From assembly GCA_964465915.1 (NCBI GenBank), contig CAYXMJ010000002.1, positions 1 to 45,232 on the forward strand: DNA of 45,232 nucleotides, given 5' to 3'. The notes below the pieces were generated by a model that saw only the letters and a list, made by a program, of their open reading frames with translations, had not been told where the DNA came from and made no database searches. Origin of the DNA: an uncultured Acidimicrobiaceae bacterium (GTDB taxonomy: Bacteria; Actinomycetota; Acidimicrobiia; Spongiisociales; UBA5794). Positions 33,788 through 41,741 of this stretch are shown piece by piece. Numbering within the stretch: position 1 is the stretch's first letter; each line of letters starts with the position of its first letter. The position numbers were made by a program, and so were the translations under genes.

Positions 33788-34459
33788 TCAGCCACCTCGT
33801 TGCAGGATGTGATCCGTTACCGCGGTGAGGTCAGGTCCGACGATGTCGGGCGGCGGGAAGAGCGGATTGATCACCATCGACGGTCTGGTGATGTAGGCGC
33901 CGGCACAGCCGGCCCGCATGGCTCCGGCGATGTCCCAGTCGTGAGCGGCCACCATGCGCATCCTGGCGGTGGTCACGCCGAGCCGATCGGCGGCCATCTG
34001 GTAGACCGCCGGCGCGGGCTTGAACTGTCCGGCTGGCGCCACCGACATGATCTTGTCGAAGGCGTGGGCGATCCCCGCATTGGCGAGTTGGGTCTCTGCC
34101 GCGTCCTGTGGCGAATTTGTCAGCGCTGCGATCCGCAACCCCGCGGCGCCGAGACGCTCGAGATTCGGGGCGACATCGGCATGAGGGGGGAGAGCGGCCA
34201 TGGTGCCGGCAACGGCAGCACGATCGGCTGCCGACACAGCCACCTGGCGCGAGGCGGCGACCATCTCGAGTGAAGCGCCGCCGACGGTGACGAAATCGTG
34301 GTAGTCGCCGATGATGGTGAGGGTCAACGCGTTGCGCAGCACGAGTCCGAACCACTGGCGACGCACCGCAGCGTCGCCGAAGATGCGTTCGAAGTGAGGG
34401 TCGAGGGCCCCCAAATCGAGCAGGGTCTCGTTGACGTCGAACACGAGAACTTTGGTCAT
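33788..34459 (-). CDS. haloacid dehalogenase type II (HAD superfamily)
   Basis: N-terminal VLVFDVNETLLDL (nucleophile Asp motif of type II dehalogenases), LTNS, and the C-terminal AAHDWDIAGA motif. Confidence 0.85.
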   Translation of the reverse strand: MTKVLVFDVNETLLDLGALDPHFERIFGDAAVRRQWFGLVLRNALTLTIIGDYHDFVTVGGASLEMVAASRQVAVSAADRAAVAGTMAALPPHADVAPNLERLGAAGLRIAALTNSPQDAAETQLANAGIAHAFDKIMSVAPAGQFKPAPAVYQMAADRLGVTTARMRMVAAHDWDIAGAMRAGCAGAYITRPSMVINPLFPPPDIVGPDLTAVTDHILQRGG

Positions 34460-34543
34460 CCGTGCCTCCAGGTTGGCCCCGCCAAACCTAGTGGTCCGCG
34501 GGCCGGCGGCGCGCCATGGCTCGCACGGTCGCTAGAGTTCCTA

Positions 34544-34560
34544 TTGCAAGGGAGTTGCAA
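34544..34560 (+). promoter_or_regulatory. perfect Nur-box-like operator TTGCAA-N5-TTGCAA (within the 25-bp palindrome CCTATTGCAA gggag TTGCAATAGG, 34540-34564)
   Basis: Read directly from the sequence. It is AT-rich in a GC-rich background. The right arm abuts or overlaps the AGGAGG RBS (34562-34567) of the GTG start at 34573. The motif matches the published Streptomyces Nur consensus tTGCaa-N5-ttGCAA. Confidence 0.6.
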
Positions 34561-34572
34561 TAGGAGGACGGC

Positions 34573-35253
34573 GTGCACATACCCGATGGGTTCATCAACC
34601 CCAGTGTTTCGGCGGCCGCAGGCGTGGTAGCAGCCGGGGGCTTCGGCGTTGCAGTGCGCCGGGCCCGCTCCTACCTCACGGAGCGTCTTGTTCCGATGGC
34701 CGCCCTGGTTGCCGCCTTCGTCTTTGCGGCCCAGATGGTCAACTTCCCCGTCCTCCCCGGCATGAGCGGTCACCTCATCGGCGCTGTGCTTGCCGCCGTG
34801 CTGGTCGGCCCGGCCGCCGGATACATGGTGATGAGCATTGTCCTCATTGTCCAAGCGCTCGTCTTTGCCGACGGAGGGCTGTCGGCTCTCGGGCTCAACA
34901 TCGTGAACATGGCGCTGGTCGGCGCGGTCGGTGGCTACTACCTGTTCCGTTCCTTGATGCGGGCCACCGGCAATCGCCGCGGCCGCGTCCCAATGGTGGC
35001 CGGAATCGCTGCCTTTGCGTCGGTACCGCTCGTGGCGGTTGCCTTCGCCATCGAGTTTGCCATCGGCGGTACCGCCGAGAGCCTGTCGATCGGGACCATT
35101 CTCTGGGCGCTGCTCACCACGCACACCCTGATCGGGATTGGCGAAGGGCTCATCACTGGACTCGTGGTTGGGGCGGTGATGGCCGCACGGCCCGACCTCG
35201 TCTACGGCGCGCCGAGCTTTGCCGGGCGGAGAACCACGGAGTCGGTCCAATGA
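34573..35253 (+). CDS. ECF transporter substrate-capture subunit CbiM/NikM
   Basis: The N-terminal MHIPDGF is the metal-ligating N-terminus of CbiM/NikM. 226 aa with seven TM segments. Confidence 0.9.
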   Translation: MHIPDGFINPSVSAAAGVVAAGGFGVAVRRARSYLTERLVPMAALVAAFVFAAQMVNFPVLPGMSGHLIGAVLAAVLVGPAAGYMVMSIVLIVQALVFADGGLSALGLNIVNMALVGAVGGYYLFRSLMRATGNRRGRVPMVAGIAAFASVPLVAVAFAIEFAIGGTAESLSIGTILWALLTTHTLIGIGEGLITGLVVGAVMAARPDLVYGAPSFAGRRTTESVQ

Positions 35254-35582
35254 GTTCTGTGGGGCGGCGGCGCAACCTTGTGCTGTTCGGCGGGGCGCTG
35301 GCTCTGGTCATCGTCACCGCCGTCGGGCTCTCCCAACTGGCTTCCGATCAACCCGATGGTCTCGAATTCGTCGCCGAACAAGAAGGGTTCGCCGGTTCTG
35401 CAGATGAGCACGGACTGTCCGAGGCGCCGCTGGCCGGCTATGGAGAGAACCTCGACGGAACCGACTCGACCAACGTTGCAGTCGCCGGTCTTGTCGGCGT
35501 CCTTGTCACCTTGGGTCTTGGGTTTGGGGTCTTCTGGCTCATCAGGGCGGGTGGCTCACCACCGGAATCGGCCGGGAGCTGA
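35250..35582 (+). CDS. PDGLE domain protein (CbiN/NikN-equivalent small subunit)
   Basis: Literal PDGLE motif (SDQPDGLEFVAE) flanked by two TM helices. The ATG overlaps the cbiM stop (ATGA). Confidence 0.75.
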   Translation: MSSVGRRRNLVLFGGALALVIVTAVGLSQLASDQPDGLEFVAEQEGFAGSADEHGLSEAPLAGYGENLDGTDSTNVAVAGLVGVLVTLGLGFGVFWLIRAGGSPPESAGS

Positions 35583-35583
35583 C

Positions 35584-36348
35584 GTGGCGGGCGGCCATGT
35601 CCACGCCCTCTTCCGGCACGGCGACTCGGCTCTCCACCGGGTGGCGCCTCAGGTCAAGATCGTGGCGGCCTTTGGGTTTGTGCTCGCCGTGGTCGTCACC
35701 CCTCGGGAGGCCTTCTGGGCGTTCGGCCTGTATCTCGCCACGCTGGCGGTCCTGATCGCTATCGCCGGGCTCCCGCCCGGCTATGTGGCGCGCCGCATGG
35801 TCGTCGAGATCCCGTTTCTGATTGTTGCCGTGTTGCTTCCGTTGTTTGGGTCGGGCGATCGCATCGAAGTCCTCGGCATGTCGCTGTCCGAGCAAGGGCT
35901 CTGGGACATGTGGAACCTCCTGGCCAAGGCCACCCTCGGGCTGCTCACCGCCATTGTGCTCGGGGCGACCACCCAGGTGCCCGATCTGCTCAAGGGTCTG
36001 GATGCTCTCCACGTTCCCGGTGTTGTCACCGCCATCATTTCGTTCATGGTCCGCTACGTCGATGTGATTCTCGGCGAGTTCTCCCGGATGCAGGTGGCGA
36101 TGGCGTCGCGCGGTCATGAGGTCCGGTCCGTCATGGGGTGGCGCCCTTACGCCAAGACGTTTGGGGCCATGTTCGTACGCACCTATGAACGGGGCGAGCG
36201 GGTCTACCTGGCGATGGCGTCGCGGGGCTACTCGGGAACCATGCCGGCGTCGCTGCGGGTGCCCGCTCCCGCGGCTCAGTGGGTTGCTGCGTTCGGCCTG
36301 GTCGCCGCCGCGTGGCTGGTGGCACTGCTGGGATGGGCCCAACAATGA
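35584..36348 (+). CDS. ECF transporter transmembrane (T) component CbiQ
   Basis: I chose the GTG at 35584, 1 nt after the upstream stop. The CbiQ-like sequence includes the ...MASRGHEV... and ...ERVYLAMASRGY motifs. The upstream part of the 356-aa track ORF overlaps the PDGLE gene in another frame. Confidence 0.8.
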   Translation: MAGGHVHALFRHGDSALHRVAPQVKIVAAFGFVLAVVVTPREAFWAFGLYLATLAVLIAIAGLPPGYVARRMVVEIPFLIVAVLLPLFGSGDRIEVLGMSLSEQGLWDMWNLLAKATLGLLTAIVLGATTQVPDLLKGLDALHVPGVVTAIISFMVRYVDVILGEFSRMQVAMASRGHEVRSVMGWRPYAKTFGAMFVRTYERGERVYLAMASRGYSGTMPASLRVPAPAAQWVAAFGLVAAAWLVALLGWAQQ

Positions 36349-37142
36349 CGGCCCCCGTGATCGCAGTGGACGGCCTCGACTTCGTCTATCCGGACGGCAC
36401 CGCAGCCCTCGAGGGGATCCATCTCCACGTCCACCGGGGTGAGCGCATCGCGTTGCTCGGGCCGAACGGAGCCGGCAAGACGACCTTGGTGCTCCACCTG
36501 AACGGTATTCACCTGCCCCAGCATGGCACCGTCGACGTCTCGGGGCTGCGACTCGACGCCGACTCGCTGATGGAGATTCGGCGCAGGGTCGGCATCGTCT
36601 TCCAGGATCCCGACGATCAGCTGTTCATGACGACGGTTCGCGAGGACGTCGAGTTTGGTCCCCGCAACCTCGGGCTCATCGGTGCTGAGTTGGACCGCAG
36701 GGTTGATCGTGCCCTCGCCGCGGTCGAGGTGGGTGATCTCGCTGATCGACCGCCGTCGCACCTTTCGTTTGGGCAGAAGCGTCGGGTGGCCATTGCGGGA
36801 GTGCTTGCCATGGACCCGGAGATCATCATTCTCGACGAGCCGACCTCCAACCTCGATCCGGCCAGCCGGCGCGAACTCACCGCGACGTTGCGGAGCCTGG
36901 ATGTGACCCAGATGATCGTCACCCACGACCTGCTGTACGCCCTCGAACTGTGTGAGCGCACCGTGATCCTCGATCGGGGTTCCATCGTTGCCGACGGACC
37001 AACCCGTGAGTTGCTTGCCGACACGGACCTACTCGAGCGTCACCGGCTGGCCCTGCCCGCCGGAGTACGTCTCGAATCACGTTCTGGCGTGGCTGAGGTG
37101 CCAAAAACCGAACCCGAGCCACGCAAGAACGGATTTGTCTAG
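36345..37142 (+). CDS. ECF transporter ATPase CbiO
   Basis: Walker A GPNGAGKTT, Q-loop, signature LSFGQKRR, Walker B IIILDEPTSNLD. The ATG overlaps the cbiQ stop (ATGA). Confidence 0.9.
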   Translation: MTAPVIAVDGLDFVYPDGTAALEGIHLHVHRGERIALLGPNGAGKTTLVLHLNGIHLPQHGTVDVSGLRLDADSLMEIRRRVGIVFQDPDDQLFMTTVREDVEFGPRNLGLIGAELDRRVDRALAAVEVGDLADRPPSHLSFGQKRRVAIAGVLAMDPEIIILDEPTSNLDPASRRELTATLRSLDVTQMIVTHDLLYALELCERTVILDRGSIVADGPTRELLADTDLLERHRLALPAGVRLESRSGVAEVPKTEPEPRKNGFV

Positions 37143-37489
37143 GAGGTGGGGTCGTTGCTGGGGGCGGCTTCGAGGACCCGACGCAGCGACCTTCCGGCAT
37201 CCAGCCAGCCCAGCGGTGTCATCGTGGCAAGCAGCGGGTTCGGCGTGACCAGCCAATCGGCGATGGCAAGGTCGTCGTAGTCGGCTTTGAGCGATCGGAC
37301 CACCTCGGCAACGTCGGTACGAATCCCGGAAGCGTCGAACTGGAACTCGAAGTACGCCTCGGGGAGCCAGTGGCTCGTAACGCGCAACAGATCATGGCGC
37401 GCCAGTAGCGCCCGGCCGCGCAGGTTGGCCTCCAACGCCGCCGACGCCCTGGTGAGGAAAGGACCCGTCAGTACCCGTTCTGTCATCAC
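37139..37489 (-). CDS. DUF2384-like (Xre/MbcA/ParS antitoxin toxin-binding domain) protein, no partner toxin
   Basis: 116 aa. The C-terminal IADWLVTPNPLLATMTPLGWLDAGRSLRRVLEAA resembles the DUF2384 consensus (W-L-x2-P-N-x2-L-x3-P-x3-L). No RES-domain ORF is adjacent. Confidence 0.5.
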   Translation of the reverse strand: MMTERVLTGPFLTRASAALEANLRGRALLARHDLLRVTSHWLPEAYFEFQFDASGIRTDVAEVVRSLKADYDDLAIADWLVTPNPLLATMTPLGWLDAGRSLRRVLEAAPSNDPTS

Positions 37490-37609
37490 TACCCGATTGC
37501 CGCGACCGGGTTCTTCCCGGTCCAGATTGCAGCGTCGATGGTCGGCGCTCCCCAGGCCAGGGGCAAAGGCCCCGCGATTGCTACCGGCAGGCCCTTAGGG
37601 GGTGGCAGA

Positions 37610-38053
37610 TCAATCCCGTAACAGCCAGGCCTGGGCTTCCTTTTCGTGGTCGACGAAGGTGTTCCAACCCTGTTCGCCGAGGACCTCGGAGATGAACCCA
37701 TTCTGGAATGGAATCCGTCCCGAGAAACCTGTGAACCCAGCGGCCGCCTCGGTGATGCAAGCCATGTTGTTGCTGGTGGCGTTGCGGCCGGTGAGCATGC
37801 TGGAGCGAGTCGGCGAGCACAATGCGGTGGTGTGGAAGTTCGAGTAGCGCAGCCCGTTGTCGGCGATCCGGTTCATGGTCGGCGTCTCGATCGGGCCACC
37901 GAACACATCCATGGCGCCGTAGCCGACGTCATCCCACACGATCATCAGGACGTTGGGGGCACCGTCGGGAGCCTTGGGTTGAAGGAAGCGGGTCCAGTCT
38001 TCGACAGAGTCACGGATATCGACGTTGACGACGCCACGGAACGGCTCGGTCAT
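37610..38053 (-). pseudogene. arylsulfatase N-terminal remnant (147 codons of a protein normally several hundred aa long)
   Basis: NVLMIVWDDVGYGAMDVFGGPI and the sulfatase signature TTALCSPTRSSMLTGRN are intact. Similarity ends after GWNTF, and a stop follows 14 codons later. The good RBS (GAGGAG) is retained. Confidence 0.75.
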
Positions 38054-38083
38054 TGGTTCTCCTCGGCTGCGCGGGTACAGGAG

Positions 38084-38800
38084 TCAGCTTGCGCGGGTTG
38101 CGCCGACTAGTCGCTGCCGAATCAACACTACGACGGCAGCAGCGATGTCTTCGTATGGGACGGTGGCCGTATTCCACGTCGCGTCGTAGTTGGTCGGGTC
38201 GGCGACATCGACCTGGTAGTTGCTCTTGAGGAGTCGAGCCCGGTGGGTGTCCCGCTTCCTCATGAGGTCGCGGGCTGCCCGCTCATTGAGGTCGTGGATC
38301 TCCATCAGGCGGCCCATTCGATGATCCTCGGGGGCGACGAGGCGGAGGGCAACGCGATAGGGCATCCCCTTGGTCACCTGTGATCCAGCCCGCCCAACGA
38401 TCACCGCCTTGCCGAGCATGGCCAGGGCACGTACGACTCGAAACACCCGGTTCATCACGACATCCTGGTGAAGCTGTGTGCCCATCATCTGGCGGAAGAA
38501 CTCGTCGGTCCGAGAGCGATACTCCTCGGCCTGCATGGTGCCGATCGACGGGGCGTAGTGCGGATCCTCGGCGACGATCTCACACAGTCGCTGGTCGAAG
38601 ACCTTCCAGCCGCCGAACAGGTCGCGGTCATCCTGGGCTGCAAAGGCCTCGAGGATGGCATCGGCCAGCGAGTGGCCGCCGGCGCCGGCCTGGCGCGAGA
38701 TAGTCACGAATGGCTGGGGGTGCGGCTCGGTGGTCTGCTGCGCCTCTTCGGCGGCTATCTGGGCCCGGATGAAGAGGTCGATGCCCTCGATGTGTCGCAT
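38084..38800 (-). CDS. cytidylate kinase-like family protein (P-loop NTPase)
   Basis: The FVTISRQAGAGGHSLA P-loop-like motif and IVGRAG are typical of the cytidylate-kinase-like (PF13189-type) family as I recall it. Confidence 0.7.
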   Translation of the reverse strand: MRHIEGIDLFIRAQIAAEEAQQTTEPHPQPFVTISRQAGAGGHSLADAILEAFAAQDDRDLFGGWKVFDQRLCEIVAEDPHYAPSIGTMQAEEYRSRTDEFFRQMMGTQLHQDVVMNRVFRVVRALAMLGKAVIVGRAGSQVTKGMPYRVALRLVAPEDHRMGRLMEIHDLNERAARDLMRKRDTHRARLLKSNYQVDVADPTNYDATWNTATVPYEDIAAAVVVLIRQRLVGATRAS

Positions 38801-38866
38801 GGTGGTTGCAGCACACCACAGGTGCCGGTGGTCGACCAGGGTCGGGAGGCCCTTCCTGTGACGGTC

Positions 38867-39295
38867 TCAATGCGGTGGATTCTCGGGAACGCTGTCGGGT
38901 TCCTTGGCGGCCGTGAAGCGCAACTCGCCGACGTCCTTGACGTTCCAGCACAACGTGGCGCCCTCGGCCACGGTCAGCCGCAGCGGACCGCCCAGGTCGG
39001 CAGGCAACGGGCTGCCGTTCAGGGCAAAGGCGAGCCAGCCTCCCCGGCGCAGCGTGGCGATGGGGATCGAGGCCGTGTAGCCACCATCGCGGCTGGCGAC
39101 GGTGCAGTGGGTAGCCGTCGCCGCCGGTGCGGCGAGGGCAACGATCGGGGCCATCGCTACTGCAGTTCCGGCGGCGCCGGGCGCCACAGCGGCCGCCTCT
39201 GCAACGACACCAGGCAGCGCGGCAATCTCATCCCATTCGATGTTGCCGGTACGGCCGGCAAGACCGGTGACCCGCAATCCGGTCGAGGTCGTCAT
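38867..39295 (-). CDS. small sulfite-oxidase-family (molybdopterin-binding oxidoreductase) domain protein
   Basis: WLAFALNGSPLPADLGGPLRLTV...WNVKDVGELRF resembles the Oxidored_molyb core (NGEPLP..HGxPLRLVVP...KWV..I). I chose the ATG at 39295, which overlaps the upstream stop (ATGA). Confidence 0.5.
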   Translation of the reverse strand: MTTSTGLRVTGLAGRTGNIEWDEIAALPGVVAEAAAVAPGAAGTAVAMAPIVALAAPAATATHCTVASRDGGYTASIPIATLRRGGWLAFALNGSPLPADLGGPLRLTVAEGATLCWNVKDVGELRFTAAKEPDSVPENPPH

Positions 39296-40137
39296 GGGCG
39301 AGGGGGACCTTCCATCACCCGGGCCAGCCATTCCTCCGGGCTTCCCGCCGTGCCGGGGATCCAGCCCTCACGCCACCAGGTGGCCCCGGCGTCTTCGAGC
39401 GCAGCGAGGTAGTCCCCATGGCGGTCGGCTTCATCGAGGGCGGCCCCGCCGGGGGCGACGTCGAAGTGGTGGTCGATCTCGCGGTATTCCCTTATGTAGG
39501 CGACGATCTCGGCAAGGACCTCGGGGGTCATGGGCTCGAACTCGTAGCCATCGGAGATGATCGGGGCGACACCGTCCCAACAAGCGGCCCGTTGGAAGGG
39601 TCGTCGCTTCGGCCACATTCCGGCCACCCAGATGGGGATCCGTGGCTTCTGGATGGGGGTCGGCAGGAACGTGACAGGCTCGACCTGGTAGTGATTGCCC
39701 TCGAACGAGAAGGCCTCGCCGCTCCACAGGCCCGTGAGGACGGCGAGGCCCTCGTCGAGCATGTCCGCTCTGGTCCGCAGGTCTTCCTCTTCGTGGAACC
39801 GGGTGAACTCGGGGTCGGTCGGCCAGCCGAGCCCCACGCCGAGGATGAAGCGCCCTTGGGAGAGCAAGTCCATGCTCACGGTCTCCCGGGCCAGCTTCCA
39901 CGGATGACGGCGGGGGATCGGGGTGACCATCGGCATCAGGGTGATTCGCTCGGTAACGGTGGCGGCGGCGGCAAGCGAGATCCACGGATCGGCTACCTCG
40001 GCCCCATCCCACACGATGATGTGGTCCCAGATCGACAGGCCGTCCCAGCCGACGTCCTCGATTCTGCGGGCAAACTCGGCTACCTCGCCGGGATCGGACC
40101 AAACGCCGAAGTTGGGGATGTCGACTGCATACTTCAT
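39292..40137 (-). CDS. LLM-class (luciferase-like) flavin/F420-dependent oxidoreductase
   Basis: MKYAVDIPNFG...GWDGLSIWDHI...GRFILGVGLGW...IPIWVAG are typical of LLM class F420-dependent oxidoreductases. I chose the ATG at 40137; an AAGGTGGTG purine-rich tract ends 5 nt upstream. Confidence 0.8.
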   Translation of the reverse strand: MKYAVDIPNFGVWSDPGEVAEFARRIEDVGWDGLSIWDHIIVWDGAEVADPWISLAAAATVTERITLMPMVTPIPRRHPWKLARETVSMDLLSQGRFILGVGLGWPTDPEFTRFHEEEDLRTRADMLDEGLAVLTGLWSGEAFSFEGNHYQVEPVTFLPTPIQKPRIPIWVAGMWPKRRPFQRAACWDGVAPIISDGYEFEPMTPEVLAEIVAYIREYREIDHHFDVAPGGAALDEADRHGDYLAALEDAGATWWREGWIPGTAGSPEEWLARVMEGPPRP

Positions 40138-40165
40138 GGACTCACCACCTTGTTGAGGGTCATGA

Positions 40166-41545
40166 TCATGTGATTGGTTCAAACCGTGCAGTGAAGTGTC
40201 GCAGCCAGGGGGCCTGTTCAACGATCCGATAGCCGCGCAGGGATTCGACTCTGGCAGCCACGGCGATGACAACTTCGCCGACAAAATCGACGTGACTCTG
40301 GGTATAGGTCCGCCGCGGGATGGCGAGGCGCACCAGCTCCATGGCTGCGGCCTCGTCGGGTTCGCCGGGGCGGGCCCTTCCGAACATCACCGTCCCGATC
40401 TCAACCCCGCGCACTCCACCCTCGCGATATAGCTCGACGGCGAGTGATTGTGCGGGGTATTCGTGCGGTGGGATGTGGGGGAGGAATGCCTTGGCGTCGA
40501 GGTAGACGGCGTGGCCCCCGGGGGGGCGCACGATGGGGACCCCTGCGGCCAGCACCTTCTCGGCGAGGTACTCGGTCGATCGGATCCGGTAGCGAAGATA
40601 ATCCTCGTTCAGTACTTCTTCGAGGCCCTGGGCGATCGCTTCGAGGTCGTAGCCGGCCAAGCCGCCATAGGTGGGGAAACCTTCGGTGAGGATGAGCAGG
40701 TTGCGACAGGCGGCAGATACCTCGGGATCGTTGAGTGCAACGAAGCCACCGATGTTGGCGAGGCCGTCCTTCTTCGCCGACATGGTGCATCCGTCGGCGA
40801 TCGAGAACATCTCGCGGGCGATCTCTCTGGGTGTCGTGTCGGCATATCCCGGTTCGCGCAGCTTGACGAACCATGCGTTCTCGGCGAAACGACAGGCGTC
40901 GAGGATGAGCGGGATCCCGTACTCGTCGCAGACGGCGCGCACTTCGCGCAGGTTCCTCATGGACACCGGCTGACCGCCGCCGGAGTTGTTGGTGACCGTC
41001 ACCATCACCATCGGGATGCGCTCCCGGCCGACGTCCTCGATCGTTGACCGCAGCGCGGCGACGTCCATGTTGCCCTTGAACGGGAGCACCGTCGCCGGGT
41101 CGGTGCCTCCCGGGATGACCAGATCGCGCGCCTCGGCCTCCTGGTATTCGACGTTGGCCCGCGTGGTGTCGAAGTGAGTGTTGTTGGGTACCACGTCGCC
41201 GGCCTTGACCGTGACCGAGAACAGGATGCGCTCCGCGGCCCTGCCCTGGTGGGTAGGGATGACCTCGTCGAACCCGGTGAGGTCCTTCACCGTCTCCTCG
41301 AAGCGGTAGAACGAGCGGCTCCCGGCGTAGGACTCGTCGCCAACCATCATGCCGGCCCACTGCTTGGCAGACATGGCGCCGGTGCCCGAATCGGTCAAGA
41401 GATCGATGATGACTTCCTCAGCGTGGAGACCAAACAGGTTGTAGCCGGCTCGCTGCAGTGCGGCCTCGCGCTGCTCGGGGGTCGGAAAGTCGATGGCCTG
41501 CGTGCTGTGGATCTTGAATGGCTCGATGATCGTGCGGTACGGCAA
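40166..41545 (-). CDS. beta-eliminating lyase: tryptophanase / tyrosine phenol-lyase family
   Basis: IIDLLTDSGTGAMSAKQWAGMMVGDESYAGSRSFY, IPTHQGRAAE, and the PLP-lysine context CTMSAKKDGLANIGGF closely resemble TnaA/TPL. I chose the TTG at 41545 (GAAGGGG upstream), which gives about 459 aa; the longest ORF reaches 41629 through low-GC3 codons. Confidence 0.85.
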   Translation of the reverse strand: MPYRTIIEPFKIHSTQAIDFPTPEQREAALQRAGYNLFGLHAEEVIIDLLTDSGTGAMSAKQWAGMMVGDESYAGSRSFYRFEETVKDLTGFDEVIPTHQGRAAERILFSVTVKAGDVVPNNTHFDTTRANVEYQEAEARDLVIPGGTDPATVLPFKGNMDVAALRSTIEDVGRERIPMVMVTVTNNSGGGQPVSMRNLREVRAVCDEYGIPLILDACRFAENAWFVKLREPGYADTTPREIAREMFSIADGCTMSAKKDGLANIGGFVALNDPEVSAACRNLLILTEGFPTYGGLAGYDLEAIAQGLEEVLNEDYLRYRIRSTEYLAEKVLAAGVPIVRPPGGHAVYLDAKAFLPHIPPHEYPAQSLAVELYREGGVRGVEIGTVMFGRARPGEPDEAAAMELVRLAIPRRTYTQSHVDFVGEVVIAVAARVESLRGYRIVEQAPWLRHFTARFEPIT

Positions 41546-41692
41546 TGCGGCCCCTTCGTGCGTTCCCGCTGAGTCTGCCAGTTCTCCGCCGGCGGTGACA
41601 GGGCAGGTCGGCCCTTCCCCTCGCGGCACGGCCCCTTCTCGTTCCTGCGTGGCTGCGGTGCCATTCCTGTGGCCCCGGCCACGCCAGAACGA

Positions 41693-41722
41693 GAGGGGGC
41701 GGTCCGGATGGACCGCCCCCTC
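41693..41722 (-). terminator. intrinsic terminator-like hairpin, 13-bp perfect GC-rich stem (GAGGGGGCGGTCC ggat GGACCGCCCCCTC)
   Basis: It lies 20 nt downstream of the stop (41742) of the EEP-family gene. On the minus strand it is followed by UCGUUCUGG. It separates that gene from the lyase operon. Confidence 0.6.
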
Positions 41723-41741
41723 CGATGATCGGCGTGGTACC

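Noticed and set aside
34460-34572. Cobalamin riboswitch upstream of cbiM.
   Set aside because: The spacer is only 113 nt, and I could not find a B12-box-like GCCACTG or the expected multi-stem architecture. The palindrome present fits a protein operator (Nur-box) better.
34456-35250. 264-aa minus-strand ORF.
   Set aside because: It is antisense to cbiM, whose MHIPDGF N-terminus and operon context are unambiguous.
35278-35583. N-terminal 102 codons of the 356-aa cbiQ track ORF.
   Set aside because: It overlaps the PDGLE-domain gene in another frame. CbiQ-like sequence starts at the GTG at 35584, right after the PDGLE stop.
37139-38100. A RES-domain or ART toxin gene partnering the DUF2384-like protein.
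   Set aside because: I examined all frames between cbiO and the cytidylate-kinase-like gene. The only sizeable ORFs are the sulfatase remnant and its shadows, and nothing is toxin-like.
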